DNA of 64,000 nt from the human T2T-CHM13v2.0 reference genome, Homo sapiens. Numbering within the stretch: the stretch's first letter is position 1; every line of letters starts with the position of its first letter. This document shows, in pieces, positions 25,061 to 39,890 of this stretch. Where the stretch lies: the NCBI RefSeq assembly GCF_009914755.1, contig NC_060947.1; one strand, written 5' to 3'. The notes under the pieces are model-generated. The model searched no databases and had not been told where the DNA came from. It worked only from the letters and a program-made list of their open reading frames with translations. The position numbers and the translations under genes are program-made.

Positions 25061-27419
25061 TAGAAGGGTAGCTGGGGAGACCCTCACAGCCACACCTCGA
25101 GTGAATACAACCCTGTGATTGCAATCTACTAAGGCACTTGGCTGCATGGCTTCTGTGACTGATTGCACGTGGAAATACCCTCACAAGACTGTACCCTGAT
25201 TTTAAAGTCAGATGTTTCAAGATTCAACAGGAAGCTTTGCTTGTAGAGGCACAGAAAGAAGGAGACAAAAACAAGAACAATAAAAAGGTTATTTTCAGCT
25301 GGGGATAAATAGTGATTTTATGTGAAAAGAAAAAACATCGAAGCTGTATCTCTTCAAGCAGCAAGAAACATAAATTAAACACACACTTCAACATCCACGC
25401 ATACACACACACCCCACACAGAGGCAAGATAGTGAAACAAGATATCTATATATTCACTGCATGAGGCTTGTAATCAGAGATCATTTCTGCCAGGGAACAT
25501 ACTGGCAGGTAAAATACCCTTTGCAAATTGTCTGGGTAATTGCCATCTTAATACAAAACTTCTTTTTCCCCGATCAATGTGGCAAGGTCTTTGGGACACA
25601 GGAATCTTGGTCAGAATACTCTGCCTGCGGCCTTTTCTTTGGAGTCAGGTGAATGCAGGCATTTGGAGAAGTATTTCTGCGGCTGTTGTGAAGTGCGTGT
25701 GCACCCAAGTGTTGCTTACCTGCTGTTGCTTCCATTTTATTTCCTCTATCTCCACATAAAAAGAGAAGAACATGCCTGATGCATAAGAAATGAACACTAA
25801 AGCTGTGTTGAATGTGAATACAACCCAACATTTTACTCTGTGGAATGTGAATAGCAAAGTCCTCCCCTCAAAAGTGGGCTTTTACATTGCCAGGCAACAA
25901 GGAGTCAATGTACTTTGCATGCATATTTCACAGAATCCTAGTGACAAATCTTTGATGAAGGTATCACTGTAATCTCATTTAATGGACAAAGAAACTGTAT
26001 TCTGAGAGAAATTAACCACAAACAAGTCCCATATGGAGCACTTACTATGTTTCTAGCACTGGGTTGCATGCTAAATATTATCTCATTTAATCCTCACCAC
26101 ATCAGGGCTGAGACTAATACTGGAATATACAGAGGTGTCCCAGGTAGTCCTTTAAAGCTACAGCATAAACCTATACACATCTATGGAACATCAACTTCAT
26201 CTTAAAACATTATTTTAAATATCCCAACAAACACAATTACATTTTAGAGAAGACTGCAAAATAGGTCTGAATTTTTAAGATAAGGCATGAGAATTACACT
26301 TATGGTAGGTGCTTTGGACCATCATGCCATGGTCCTAAGGGATTACGTGCTTACAGCCCTCTGTCATTAGCATTGAGCTATGTATGCCATGCTGCTTCTG
26401 GACAAGGTAGCAGGCAATTTTGCCTGTCATCTTATGAGGCTTGACAGAACTTTGGGCTTCCTTGTGGGGATGTCTTAATTGAGGGAATGTATATTTGTTT
26501 TCTTTCCTTGTATTAATCCCCCATCAGTGGAATCCCACCATATAGTTTCCTTGGCAACAGAATGACAGGACACTGTTTGATGAGGTGATGGTGAAGGCAA
26601 CGCCAGCGTGGCTGAGCTATACAGGGTAGTGGTTATAAGAAGAAAAAAAGGCTAGACAAGTTCACTGTCCTCAGTGTTTCTAGGTCTCCATATCTTTCCC
26701 CCTAAGGCCTGGGTTCTACTCCTAGAAGCAGTGACAAGCCAGGTCTTCTCAGAAAATCCTTAGTTGTACTCATGTAAATTTCCTTCTCTTTCCCTGATTA
26801 TTGCTGCCCAAACAATCCTGAAATTCATCTTCTCTTTTTATCATGGAATACAATGAGAAAACAAGCTTCAGTATACAGAACACCTCTTAGCTAGCCTTGC
26901 AAGATGGCTGTCATTTCTGCCTCTGGGAGGCATATATGTGACTCAACCTACAGTTCATTTATAATTTTTTCAAATATTTGAATACCTGTATGGGAGGCTT
27001 TGTATTAAGCCTCAGGAGGATGAAAAGAAGATTAGGAGAAAAGGCTAAAGGAATTCACAACACCAAAAGATCACTTCCTACTGAGGTAGCATTTAAATGA
27101 GCTTTAAAGGATGGGAAGAATTTCATTAGCTAGAGATTATAGGGTGAGGGAGAGGCATTCCAGAGGGAAGGAACAGCATAAGCAAACATTCAGTGGAGGA
27201 GGAGGTGGTGGGAAAGATCAAACCAAAAGAGCACAGGGCATATACAGGAAATGCAAGATAAGTACTCCAGGATGTCTGAGATTAGCGTATATTATGGAAG
27301 TAGTGGGAAAGTAAGCTAGAAAGATAGATCTTGAAAGGGTTTTAGTGTTAGGCTTAAGGGTTTGATTTTATTCAACTGACAAGGAGGCACCATTAAATGT
27401 TTTGATAGAAAGTGATGCT

Positions 27420-27719
27420 GGCCGAGCGCTGTGGCTCACGCCTGTAATCCTAGCACTTTGGGAGGCTGAGGCAGGTGGATCACTTGAGGTCAGGAGTTCA
27501 AGACCAGCCTGGCCAACATGGTGAAACCCTGTCTCTACTAAAAATACAAAAATTAGCTGGGCATGGTGGCATGTGCCTGTAATCCCAGCTATTTGGGAGG
27601 CTGAGGCTCAAGAATGGCTTGAACCCGTGTGGCAGAGGTTGCAGTGAGCTGAGATTGCGAGATTGTGCCACTGCACTCCAGCCTGGGTGACAGAGTTAGA
27701 CTCCATCTCAAAAAAAAAA
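27420..27719 (+). mobile_element. AluS (Sx/Sz-like), full length, inside an L2 remnant
   Basis: Dimeric Alu with A-tail; TSD aagtga(t/c)gct. Confidence 0.97.
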
Positions 27720-28979
27720 TAAGTGACGCTATGAGAAGAGTAATTTAGAAAGATTAATACAAGGGAGGAGGAAAAGGAAAGAGACCTTGCAGATGAGACA
27801 GGTTAAGGTGCTGCACCGGATGCAAAGGGAATGGTAAAATGTGGTCTCTTCCCTCAACAAGCATATACTAAGATAAATTATAACTACCAGACACCACAAA
27901 ATGTTTCCATGGTGCTCAGTACATTTCTATAAGTGCTTTATTAGATGATACTGATGATAACTTTTTCTTTCCACAAGTCCCATTTTCTGTGGCAACAACT
28001 ATTACAGGCATAATATAGCCCTGAATTTTGAACCCTGTGACTTGGAACTCTTTCTTCTTTCTTTGTATATCACCTCCTCATTCACAGTAGGGGAAAAGAA
28101 AGGCTTCACAACTCTAACCTTTTCCTTAGAATGCAGTTTAAATCCCTCCCCCCCCCCTTTTTTTTTACTTCATTTAGCAAACTAGGCCTTTACCAGGTAG
28201 CAAGGCTCGAAGCTGCCATAGTCACTCCTTTCTCACTCCCAAATAACCTGTGCTAATTTCCTGAACAGAGTTCTGAGATTACAAGCAAATATCATTTAGG
28301 AAGAAAAACATGTCATCTCTATGGCAACCTGAAAGTCTGACAGGGAACCCACCTTGAAGTCACCAAACAATGGTCTCTTTGAGAAGTATCTAGGGCCTGG
28401 GTTAGACAATCTCTTATTAGGTGATTGGCTGTTTTTAGTGTATTTGCTATTCAAACCCTCAAATATAAGTCATAACTCTTGACAACCCTACGTAAGTTGT
28501 CTCTTTTCTTTCCACACCTCGTTGATATATGAAGTTGTGATGTTAAAGAAAAAGAGAAGGTTCATTCACAGGGTGGACAATTATTGAGCACCCACTGTGT
28601 ACAAATCACTGTACTAAGTGCTCTAGAGACATCAAAATAAAAATTACAAAGTCATACCCCTTGAGATGTCCAGATCCATCCAAGGAGACCCAAGGGACAA
28701 GAGGAGGGAGTGACTAACACTATCGGGTACCCATTTTGCAAGGACCACTGTAGGAAACACTGGCATTACAGAGATCACATGAATGGGTTTTCCAAGCCAG
28801 TTCTAATGACATTCTCAGTGCTGTCTCCACCTAAACTATCAAAAATGTACAAGAAGTTTCCATTTTTATAATCCAAAATATACCATCCAGTAGTTTCTAC
28901 ACCTAGAAGCACACAAATAAAGGTTCTTTGACAGACAAGGTGCACTGGCTTTGGTTCAGAAAATGGAATCACAGTATTT

Positions 28980-29330
28980 GTTTATTCATTCAATGCATTT
29001 CAACTGAACATTGCCACATGCTATTTGGTACAGTGGTGAACAAGGCAGACAAGGTCCCTGGCCCCATGGAGCTTATGTTCTGGTGAAAGTACTCAAATAG
29101 TACATAAATAAAAAACTAGATAATTACAGATGGTGGACATGAACAATTAAGGCAATCACAGGGTGATATGACAGAGCCTGGCAGGGAGGGACCTACTTTA
29201 GATTGGGTGGACAGGGAATGCCTCCCTGAGGGGATGACATTTGAATGGACACCTGCCTGATGATAAAGAGTCAGCCATGCAAAACTCTTAGGAAAGAAAG
29301 TTATAAATTGAGGGAATAACAAATACAAAA
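28980..29330 (-). mobile_element. L2 3' fragment
   Basis: ttattcattcaat...gtgaacaaggcagacaaggtccctggccccatggagctta...gggaatgcctccctgagggg. Confidence 0.8.
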
Positions 29331-29590
29331 TAGAAGGAATAACAAAATCAGCAGATAATTAGCAGGCAGATAATAATATTGATTATGTGATAAGCACTTT
29401 TCAGATGCTTTACGTAGTGAAGTTATTTAATTCTCATTACAACCTGACAAGGTAGATACTACTAATAACCCCATTTTTCAGAGGAGGAAACTAAGCCAAA
29501 GAGAAGCTAAAAAACACCTAAGATTGACAGCTAGTAAATGTCAGGTCAAGGATTGAAACCTAGGCGATCTTGCTTGAAAGTCTTTATCTG

Positions 29591-29903
29591 CACCCATTAA
29601 CTCGTCATTTAGCATTAGGTATATCTCCTAATGCTATCCCTTCCCCCTCCCCCCACCCCACAACAGTCCCCAGAGTGTGATGCTCCCCTTCCTGTATCCA
29701 TGTGTTCTCATTGTTCCATTCCCACCTATGAGTGAGAACATGCGGTGTTTGGTTTTTTGTCCTTGCGATAGTTTACTGAGAATGATGATTAATGGGTACA
29801 GCACACCACCATGGCACATGTATACATATGTAACTAACCTGCACATTGTGCATATGTACCCTAAAACTTAAAGTATAATAATAATAAAATAAAATAAAAA
29901 AAA
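29591..29903 (+). mobile_element. Short L1PA3-like 3' end with 5' inversion, inserted in a MIR
   Basis: 29591-~29788 is inverted; ~29789-29903 is sense plus A-tail. Perfect 15-bp TSD GAAAGTCTTTATCTG at 29576-29590 and 29904-29918. Carries the gctaaatgacgagttaatggg diagnostic. Confidence 0.93.
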
Positions 29904-31908
29904 GAAAGTCTTTATCTGTCTTAACCATATGGGAGGGGAGGTGTTCAAACAATATAGGAATCTATGTTTAAGAGTTGGAATTTACATAACAAAGGCTGAA
30001 AAGTATTGTGAAGCAGCCTAGGAAGATATGGGGCTAAACCAGTAGCTAGGCTCCTAGGAAGTAAATAGGTTTGAAGGGTGAAAAACTCACTTCATATTGA
30101 GCCAGATTTGAAACATGGAATTTTGATTTATCAAGTTACCCCTGAGCCCCAAGACTTAAACTTTTCCATAACAGGCAGAAATGTCTGAAAAAAAGGCAGG
30201 AAATACCACAGTGTAAGAATATTAGCCCTTCACATAAATGACAATGTAAATCCAAGTTTCTATCACCTACTGAAAGAGTTCTCCAAGAAAAAGTTTAATT
30301 AAATGGCTTTAAGATAAGTATGAAGAAACTGGCAACAAGTCATCAATACAGACAGTTCAGGGATGTAATCATCATTCTTTATTTTCCTGGAATTTTTCAT
30401 CTGTAATATTTATCTATTAGAATAATAAGAGCAGAAGAAGCACATTTCATCTGAAAAAAAAAAGCTAAAAATGCCGGCAGACATTAATTCATCATCCTCA
30501 TGATACAACAACAAAGAGTAGAAAACTCTATTCCATGCATTTAAAGTAGAAAAAAGAAATGTTTCGAACCCTAAATGCTTTTTATTTATATTACCTCTTT
30601 CTAGGCTGTTCTCTATTCCTTTTTAGCAGTTTGGTTTTTCTAGTATTACCTTCTCAACATACATACATATATACAAACAGACAAATATAGATAATTCACT
30701 CAGTGAATGCTTACAATGATGGGTAGAGAGCTTGAAAATACACAGGACTGAGACAAGAGAGAAAAGGAATGTTAGAGCTAGAAGACTTCTGGCAGAGTCT
30801 TATCATTATACACACTGGGAACAAGACTATGCATGATTCCCCAAACCTGTTACTGATAAGTCTAAGCCTTCTCTGCTTACTATTTCACAGTCCCTAGACC
30901 AGAGCTAGGTGGCTTGTCAGTAAAGGCATGAAATGGTTTGACTCCATCTCAGCTTTGGCCCTAAAATACCACTCCAACCTGGAATTTGATAAAATTCTGC
31001 TTACACCCTGGCCTCAGTTTCCCCACCTGACAAACACTGAGGTAAGACAGTGATAACACATAGATAGATGGTCACTCTTAAAAAAACTGCTTCTGTGATT
31101 TCTCATTACCTTGTAGAACTGAATCCAACTTCCTTACCATGGCATACGTGTCCCTCCATGCTGATTCTCTGAACTTCTCTTGTCACTTCCACCAATCTCC
31201 CTTTACACTACACACTACACATTCCCCTCTTTCACCCCTTGCCTTTTGTGTACGATATTACTTTGCCCAGTATGCCTTTTTCTTCTTCTCCTTGCTTCTC
31301 CCTCTCCCCCTTCTCTTGGATAACTCCAACTTGACACTTCTTCTTGGAGGACTTTTGGGAGAGTAACTCTAGCAGTTACGTATATGTTGTCCTAGAATAG
31401 GGATGGCTTGGGACTGGGAACCCAGATAGGAAGGCATTTTATAGTCTTGTAACCCTTATAACACATCATCGGCCTGTTAAAATCAGTTGTAAGCTATATC
31501 CAAATAATTTGTTACAAATAATTGCTAAAGTACCAAAGTTTGCCAAGAGTTGAAAGCAGATTCAAGGTTATTCTTGTATAATATCATTAGCCCTCAGGCT
31601 TCCCAAGAAGTCTTGCCTGACACCTTCCCCAAAACGTAGGGTGCCCCAGATGCACACAGCACCCCTGGTGCTGCACAGCACTTAGAACTCAGCATAGGAA
31701 CTGTAATTTTCCTCTTCTGTCTCCCCTATCAGACTACAAATTATTTGACAGCATGGACAGTATATTATCCATTTCTGTATTTCCAATACCAGGCACAGCT
31801 GTAGGCATTTTACTGAATGGAAGCATGAACACTGACAGGTAAAGTAACTAAGAAAATAGTAAGAATTCTTTTGAGGACTAGTATGGCTCTACCTTGCTTT
31901 AGCTATAA

Positions 31909-32292
<384 letters not shown>

Positions 32293-32759
32293 TAACTGAA
32301 TTTTTTTTAACTTCAGAAGACTGCAGACATAATAAAGCAAAGGCTTTCTTCAGCAGTCTTTTCTTTTGAATTCTGTCTATAAGCTGGCAACATAACATAA
32401 GGTAAGGTATGGGTACAATAAGGTGGCTGAAATGGAAAGCTAGGAGTCCTGATCCTTTCTAGAGGGTGGTGCTTCTGGAGCAGGCATGAGGGAGAGGGAG
32501 TACATCGAAAAGAGCTTCAGAGTCCTAGGGACCGGATCTGCACTAGAGATAAGTAGTTTGAATATGGTTCAAGACAGAGCTGAATTCCAAACCATTCTGA
32601 AAGCAGATCTGTCCATAGTGTTCAAAAGATATTATCTCCAAGTCCTTGCCAATCAGTTATTCTCTCCCTTTCTTGTATCATCAACCTTTTATTCTCCACT
32701 GGCTCCTTCTCCACCTCGTAAAAAATGTGAAAGTCTCCTACATCATTTTATTTTATCCT

Positions 32760-32940
32760 CAAGCCAATCCCATGTGGTAGGCCATATCATTATCCTCATT
32801 TTATAAATTAGACAATTGAGGGCCAAAGAATAAGTAAATTACCGAAGGCCACACAGCTAATCAGTGACGGGAGCTAAGACTCTAATCCAGATCTGTCTGA
32901 CACCAAAGTCCTTGTTTTTAATCATTCTGCTAATATTGCC
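32760..32940 (-). repeat. MIR
   Basis: attatcctcattttata...aaggccacacagctaatcagtg...gtctgacaccaaagtc. Confidence 0.75.
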
Positions 32941-34081
32941 TTCTTATCTAATTCAGGCAAGCTGCAATTGCAGGTATTTTTCCTATTATCCTGTCTTGCA
33001 AGGTAATGAAGGATAACTGTCTACACTATTCCTGTAATACTCTTTCCTGTACCAGGAGATTCATGATTATGTCTATCTCTGGTCATTTCTTCTTAAAATT
33101 AAATACAGGTGGTTTGGTGTTTAGACTCTATTTAGCAGATCTTTAATTAAATCAGCCAAAACTTATTAAGTGCCTACTAGGTGCCTACTTTGTGTTTCAG
33201 GACTCAATACAAACAAGTTCTTGGCTTGAAGTGGGAACAATGTATCAATGCAGAATTCAAGACAGTGGGGGACAGGTGTGAGTGAGCAAATATATGGTAT
33301 TCATTTTAAATGCTTATATGTTCAGGAAAGTTAAAGTATAGGGGCTGCCATAATTTGCCTTTAGGAAGTATAAGTTTCAGGGTAATACCGCCTACATAAC
33401 ATATTTGCAGTTAAAGAAATAAAGAAGTTCCGTGTACATTTCTTACTTGTGTAGAGTCAACAGATGTGATCCAGAATGGCTATATTCTGAGTAGCTGCTA
33501 GAAGACTGGACACAGCTGGACAAAAGTCATTAACCTTGGAAGAGAAGTAATTCTAAGTACACCAACAGCTGTGTTGATCATATTTGGAGGCAACCAGATG
33601 TTTTGGTCTGTGCAGTACTACCAACTAATCTTCTTACCCAACTGCTAAATAATCCGAAACTCCAGGGATCTATCCAGTTTTCCTTCATCTCAATGGCTGA
33701 GGTCCCCACATAATTTCATTCTTGTCAATATCCAACTATGAGTCTTCCTTTTCCATTCTGTTCAACTATGACTCTCCTCAAACATGAAGTTATCAACTAA
33801 CCAATTAATCCAGTATTTACTATGCAAAAGGTGCTGTTGGGAATACAAGGACACATTATATAAAGAAGCATTGGGTTCTGTCTTTCAGGAGCTTACAAAC
33901 TGATAATATTTGGGAGACAAGAATGACTCACTTGAGAAGATTACCAGAATTTACTTCCCCAAACTATGACATGCCACATGAGAATGCAGAGAGGAGTACA
34001 GGATTTCAGAAAAAGGAGTAGAGAGATTGATGTTTTGCGATTAGTATAGTCAGGGCAGTTTCATGAGAGTTGACACTTTAA

Positions 34082-34384
<303 letters not shown>

Positions 34385-35599
34385 AACACTTTAACCTTTG
34401 AAGGACCGGGGGTTTTCTTTTAAGAAGTGGAGTCATTTTATAAGCAAGGAGGAATGGGAATGATTCATTAGAGTGAAGAGTAAGTCTGGGAAATTAGCGT
34501 GGGGCAGATCAGGGAAGGCTGTGTTCCCTGTAAAGAGTCTGACTATCATCTTAGAGGAGGCTGGAAGTCAGAGCTATCATGATGATAGTCTACAGGATAT
34601 TGCAAACATCGATTTACCATTTTTAATTTTGTGGAAACCAGTCCCCATGACCCCTCCATGCAATATTTAATTATTCTTCTGCTATCATTTTTAATTCTGT
34701 TTTCAAGGATTTTTTTCCCTCTGGTTGATGAAAATATATATTTATGGTATGAACCCTCAGCTCTAAGGCCTTCATCCCTTAGCAGTCACAACCTGGACAG
34801 TCACTAATGTCTATCACATTGCACTCAGCTTAATTAACTGCACAAATAGATTACTTCCCCAATACAAAAGTTATCTGGAGAGAGAAATAAAAGGATAGGG
34901 AGGGAAGCTATGAAAAGCAGAAGCCAGAAGACAAATTTATCTGACTCAGGAAGCCATACTGGTTATCATAACAATAACAAATATTTATAGAGGGCTTTCA
35001 TCCTGAAGAATCCCAGAGCCTCAGAGCAATGAACACTTGTGGTAAATAGATTAAAGGAACTACTCAGCCATCCAAGAGAGGAAGCCCTCTCTCCTAGGCC
35101 CAGTGCACTAAGTCATCCCTGGGACAACATTCGATTTTAGCCAAGGGATTTTAAAGGAAGCTGAATGGAACTTCCAAGTCATAAAACGTGGACAGTATAC
35201 ATAAAGAACAACCCAGAATCTTTTCACAAGAGAGAGCCTGGGAGCAACAGGCATGCCCATAGTCATCTTAAGTCTCATGTATTAAGATCACCACAGCTTC
35301 TGAGGCCAGTGAAACCTCACTGATTTGAGATAAAAGGAGTCATAAATACCATCAGATGTTGTTGTATATCTTGAAACTACAGATTTATCACAAACACACA
35401 CTTCTAAATTAATTAACTCTGTAAGTATTTAGAGCATATATTAGAGGAGAAAAAGGGCTTACAATCTCATCAGAAATTCAAGGCACACTATTAATAATGT
35501 AACGTATATTGTTCTGGTTCCATTCCTAGATCTAACATTAAGTAGCTATATGAACTTGGACAAGTCATTTGGCATCTCTAGATCTCAATTCCATCAAAC

Positions 35600-35604
<5 letters not shown>

Positions 35605-35639
<35 letters not shown>

Positions 35640-35682
35640 AAGAGAGAGAGAGACAGAGAGACAGAGACAGAGACAGAGAGAG
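35605..35682. repeat. (TG)n(GA)n microsatellite within a MIR remnant
   Basis: Read directly from the sequence. Confidence 0.95.
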
Positions 35683-36099
35683 CACGTGTGCTCAAGAGAA
35701 TAGAAAGTGAAATAACATACCATCCATATTACTCTAATAACTATTTTGCCTGCCTGTAGGGAGTGGTCACAGGTCATTTGGCTCCAGGCCAAAAGGAATA
35801 CAATCTATTAGACAGCTTGGATCTTTCCTCTTACAATAAGTTTAACAAAACATTTTAAAAAAAGGAGTAGGTTACAAGAAGGTAGAACTTGAACAGATGG
35901 GTAAAATGTTAATACATGATCATGGGCATGTTGATATATAAACTGGATCACAGGCATGTTGATGTGTACTCATAGGGATAAACTGGGCTGTAAAGGTCGC
36001 CTAGTCCACTTCTTTTCAAGTGATTCCAGGGAACATCAAGGTTCCTTGGGAACATCTCAAGATCCACCCAAGGGTCCATGAGGGCTGGGCTCCCAATCC

Positions 36100-36560
36100 A
36101 AAAATGTCCTTTTAAAAAGCATTCAGCCTATGTTGAAATAACTGCAGTTACTGGGTACTCCTTCCCTCTCAAGGTGGCCTATTTATTGGTCCTTTGGAGA
36201 ACTCAGACTATTAGACAGCTTTTCCTTATATTGAATTAAAATTTATTTCCTAGAGCTTCAACCTATTGATCCTAGCTCTAGTCCTGTGCCAATGTAGAAC
36301 ACGGTAAATCCCTTTTCCCCATGACAGCCCTTCAAATATTTAAACACAGCTAACCTGTCCAGGAGTCTTTTCTCCAGTCTCAACAGCCCCACTTTCTTCA
36401 CCTGTGCCCTCATGTCCTAAGCCACTCTCTTCTGGACACAACTCAGTTGCTTTACATATGTGCTAAACCTCATGCCCCAGAGCCATCCTTAAACTTTGAG
36501 GTATGATCTACCCTTGAGTGCAGAAGAATTCAAGACAATGAAGTCTCCTGGTCTAGATAC
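36100..36560 (-). mobile_element. L3/CR1 fragment
   Basis: ttttccttatattgaattaaaat...catgacagcccttcaaatatttaaacacagct...cttttctccagtctcaacagcccc. Confidence 0.75.
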
Positions 36561-37425
36561 TGTGCTATTTTTACTTCTATTTATGCAATGTGAGATTACA
36601 GTAGCTCAAAACAAGGATGGAACTGCTAAAACTCAGAGTGGCTGAGGAGAATTGCACTAGCACACGAGAGAGTGGACTGTATGTAGCTGGAGGTGATGTG
36701 TGTCGTACTGGAAGGGGCAAACACAAAGCAAGATTATTATCTGGTAGGAATATTATAGAGGAGGTTTGGTGAGGTAAAAGCGATACTACTTCCACATTTC
36801 CTTTGAGCCTTGAAATTCCATGATTCTATGAATCAATTGGCATTCTACAATTGCTCATAAATCTCTATATGTGGACCTCTTCAGAGCTTCCTCAAAAGTT
36901 GAGTCAGTAAATTCCTGCAAAGAATCTAGTGGGCATTTAGTAATATAATACCACATTTGCCCTGGTGGTTTCATACAAGATTCCTCAAATAGGAAAGCAG
37001 GTTATAAAAATAAAAAGTAGCAGGGGCGTATTTTCAGCCCCCAAACACAGGTATAACTTGTCCCCAAATTACACCACTAGTAAGTAGAAGAGCATGGCTT
37101 GGAAGTTGGTTGTCCAGACCCCTAAGCACAATTGTTTTTCTTCACAGCTGCAAGTTTATAACAAAACCATGTGCATGTACTTCTGCCTTCACTTTCCAGA
37201 AACTCACAGGCCTGCTACCTGTAAAGGGGGATTTCAAAGATTCTTCACTTATATCAGACATTCTGTCTGGGTTTGGATGACGTAATAACCTGCATTTTAT
37301 TCAGATCAATTTGTTCTGAGGCTTTGCAGTTGTGCTTTGATTTTGCCATTCTGATAGGGAAGTCTCTTAATTAAGTTATGCATAGTTAGGCATATTTCCC
37401 TCTCTCATCACAGTAGCCCCCCACC

Positions 37426-37720
37426 TTTTTTTTTCTTGAGAGGGCGTCTTGCTCTGTCACCCAGGCTGGAGTGCAGTGGTGCGATCTTGGCTCATTGCAA
37501 ACCTCTGCCTTCTGGGTTCAAACGATTCTCACACCTCAGCCTTCTGAGTGGCTGGGATTACAGGTGTGTGCCACCACACCCTAATTTTTTTTGTATTATT
37601 TGTAGAGATGGGGTTTCGCCACATTGGCCAGGCTGATCTTGAACTCCTGTCCTCAAGTGATCTGCTCATCCAGGGCTCCCAAAGTGCTGGGATTACAGGT
37701 GTGAGCCACCACGACTGGCC
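37426..37720 (-). mobile_element. Alu (J or old S)
   Basis: Antisense dimeric Alu; TSD cacagtagcc. Confidence 0.95.
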
Positions 37721-37967
37721 CACAGTAGCCTCTTAACAAGCTTCATTTCAGAGTAAATTAAAGAACACTTTGCCTACAACCTTGAGAAGAACCTTTTATC
37801 TCCTTCCACAATCTATTCAAGAAAGTTTTATTGAGCACCTGCTATGAGATAATAGATCTGAAAATCACCGAGAACTCCCCATTGTCTAATGAAAGGAAAA
37901 AAACCAACCTAAGTTCCTTATTGTGGTAAGTGTTACATAGGACATGTTTAATGTGACTTTTGGCTTA

Positions 37968-38450
37968 ATTTTTTTTAATTTTTAATTTTTATTTGTATAA
38001 ATTTAAGGGGTACAAGTGCAGTTTTGTTACATGGATATATTGCAGAGTGGTGAAGTCTGGGCTTTTAGTGTATTCATCACACGAACAATGTGCATTGTAC
38101 CCATTAAATAGTTTTACATCACCCACTCCCCTCCCACCTTTCTGAGTCTCAAATGTCTATCATTCCACACTCTAGGTTCATGTGTACACATTTTTCAGCT
38201 CTCACTTATAAATGAGAACGTGTGGTACTTGACTTCCTGAGTTGTTTCACTCGGGATAATGGCCTCCAGTTCCATTCATGTTGCTACAAAAGACATTATT
38301 GCATTATTTTTATGGTTGAATAGTATTCCATTGTATACCACTTTTTTCTGGTTGAATAGTATTCCATTAATTACCACATTTTCTTCATCTAATCATCTGC
38401 TAATGGACGCTTAGGTTGATTCCATATCTTGGCTATGGTGAATAGTGCTG
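37968..38450 (-). mobile_element. L1PB/L1MA 3' end fragment
   Basis: aaggggtacaagtgcagttttgttacatggatatattgc...gaagtctgggcttttagtg; small internal tandem duplication (tggttgaatagtattccatt twice). Confidence 0.88.
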
Positions 38451-39214
38451 GAATATCCCAGCCTAATTTTGAGCCTTATTTCTAGCCACCCAGACTTCCC
38501 CTGCCCCAGAACACACACATATTCCATGATGTCACCACACCTAATGACTCAACATTCCCTAAACATAAAACATAGTATGTATTTAGTGTGTATGTGCGCA
38601 TGCTCTTCCCTCTGTATGGGAGACCCCTGTCTACCTGAGGGTTCGTACTCAACTTCCAAATTCAACTCTAATTTCTTTCTGTAACCTTTTCTACTTCTTC
38701 ATTTCCCAAATCAATCACTCAACTGCACTCCCAAGGCAATACTATTACAGCATTAACAAATGTAAATTTACTTGCTTATGGTCATATGTATTTTTACTAG
38801 ACCCAAAATAAGAGGTTTTGTCTCAGCTATCCTCAAATTCCCAACAACTAGTGCTGTGTCTGAAATAAGAGTAATGTTTATAAAATATTGAAGGATAGAT
38901 GAAAGGAAGGAAGCAATGAAATAAGCAAGAAAGCAATTTCTCCATTTCTTAGACCTTGAGTCCCTTTAGGGTAGGCACTACATCTTACTCATTTTTTTGT
39001 ACCCACAGTGGCTTAAACACAGAAGACCCATAATAAACCTCTGTGGTATTGAAAGTAGGTAAAAAAATTTCTTAAACACAAAATCAGTAAATATATAGCT
39101 GCCTCCCAAGTGCCTACAATCTCAAAGTTGAAAACAATAGTTTTCAGTAGCAAGACAGACACTGCTAAATGCCCTAAAAGTCCAGAGAAGGGAGAAGCGA
39201 ATGTGGGCTGGAAA

Positions 39215-39352
39215 GCACTTCTCAAACTCTATGTGCCAAGAAATCATTTGGGGAATTTGTTAAAATGCAGAAGCTGATTCAGTAAGTCTGGGCAAGACCT
39301 GAAGATCTGCATTTCTAATAGTCAGGTGTGAGGATCATATTTTGAGTAGTGA
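39215..39352. mobile_element. MER5B-like
   Basis: cttctcaaact...gaatttgttaaaatgcagaagctgattcagtaagtctggg...tgcatttctaa. Confidence 0.7.
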
Positions 39353-39719
39353 TGAAGGTGTAGAAAGCCTTCTTGGAGGGGGCACTTCTTAAGCTAGGTG
39401 CACTTCCAAGTTGCTTTAGTTAGATGGAAAGGACAACCTAAGCAAGAAGAAGAGCATAAGTAAAGTAACAAAAGCAGGAAAAAGAGTATCTCCAGGAGAG
39501 TAAGAAAACCACAGAAATGGAGCAGAGGGGTCTAATAAAGGCATAATTAGTGATAATTCTAGAGAGGTTAGGTGGGATCAGATTATTAGCTGCATCAAAA
39601 AGTCTTCTGAGGAGTTTGGACTTTATATTGTACATTCTTAAGCAAGAACTTGATGTATCATTCTCATACCTTATATTGGTATAGAAATGTCCAGTTCATG
39701 AGACATATTTTTCCTATGT

Positions 39720-39890
39720 ATTTGCCACCTGATCCTCCCAACAACCCTCTGAGTTGGGCCAGGTGTTTTGTTTTCATCCCCATTTTACACGATGAGGAAA
39801 CTGAGGCTCCACAGAAGTGAATTTACTTTTCTCAAGGTTATCCAAATTTGGATTAGAGGCGGTACCAAAACCAATTTTTATCACTACCAC
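39720..39890 (-). repeat. MIR
   Basis: cccattttacacgatgaggaaactgaggctc. Confidence 0.8.

Noticed and set aside
26100-26800. Possible old DNA transposon or LTR remnants
   Set aside because: I could not assign a family or boundaries from the sequence alone.
35917-35968. gatca..ggcatgttgat repeated twice
   Set aside because: A small imperfect tandem duplication with no further support.
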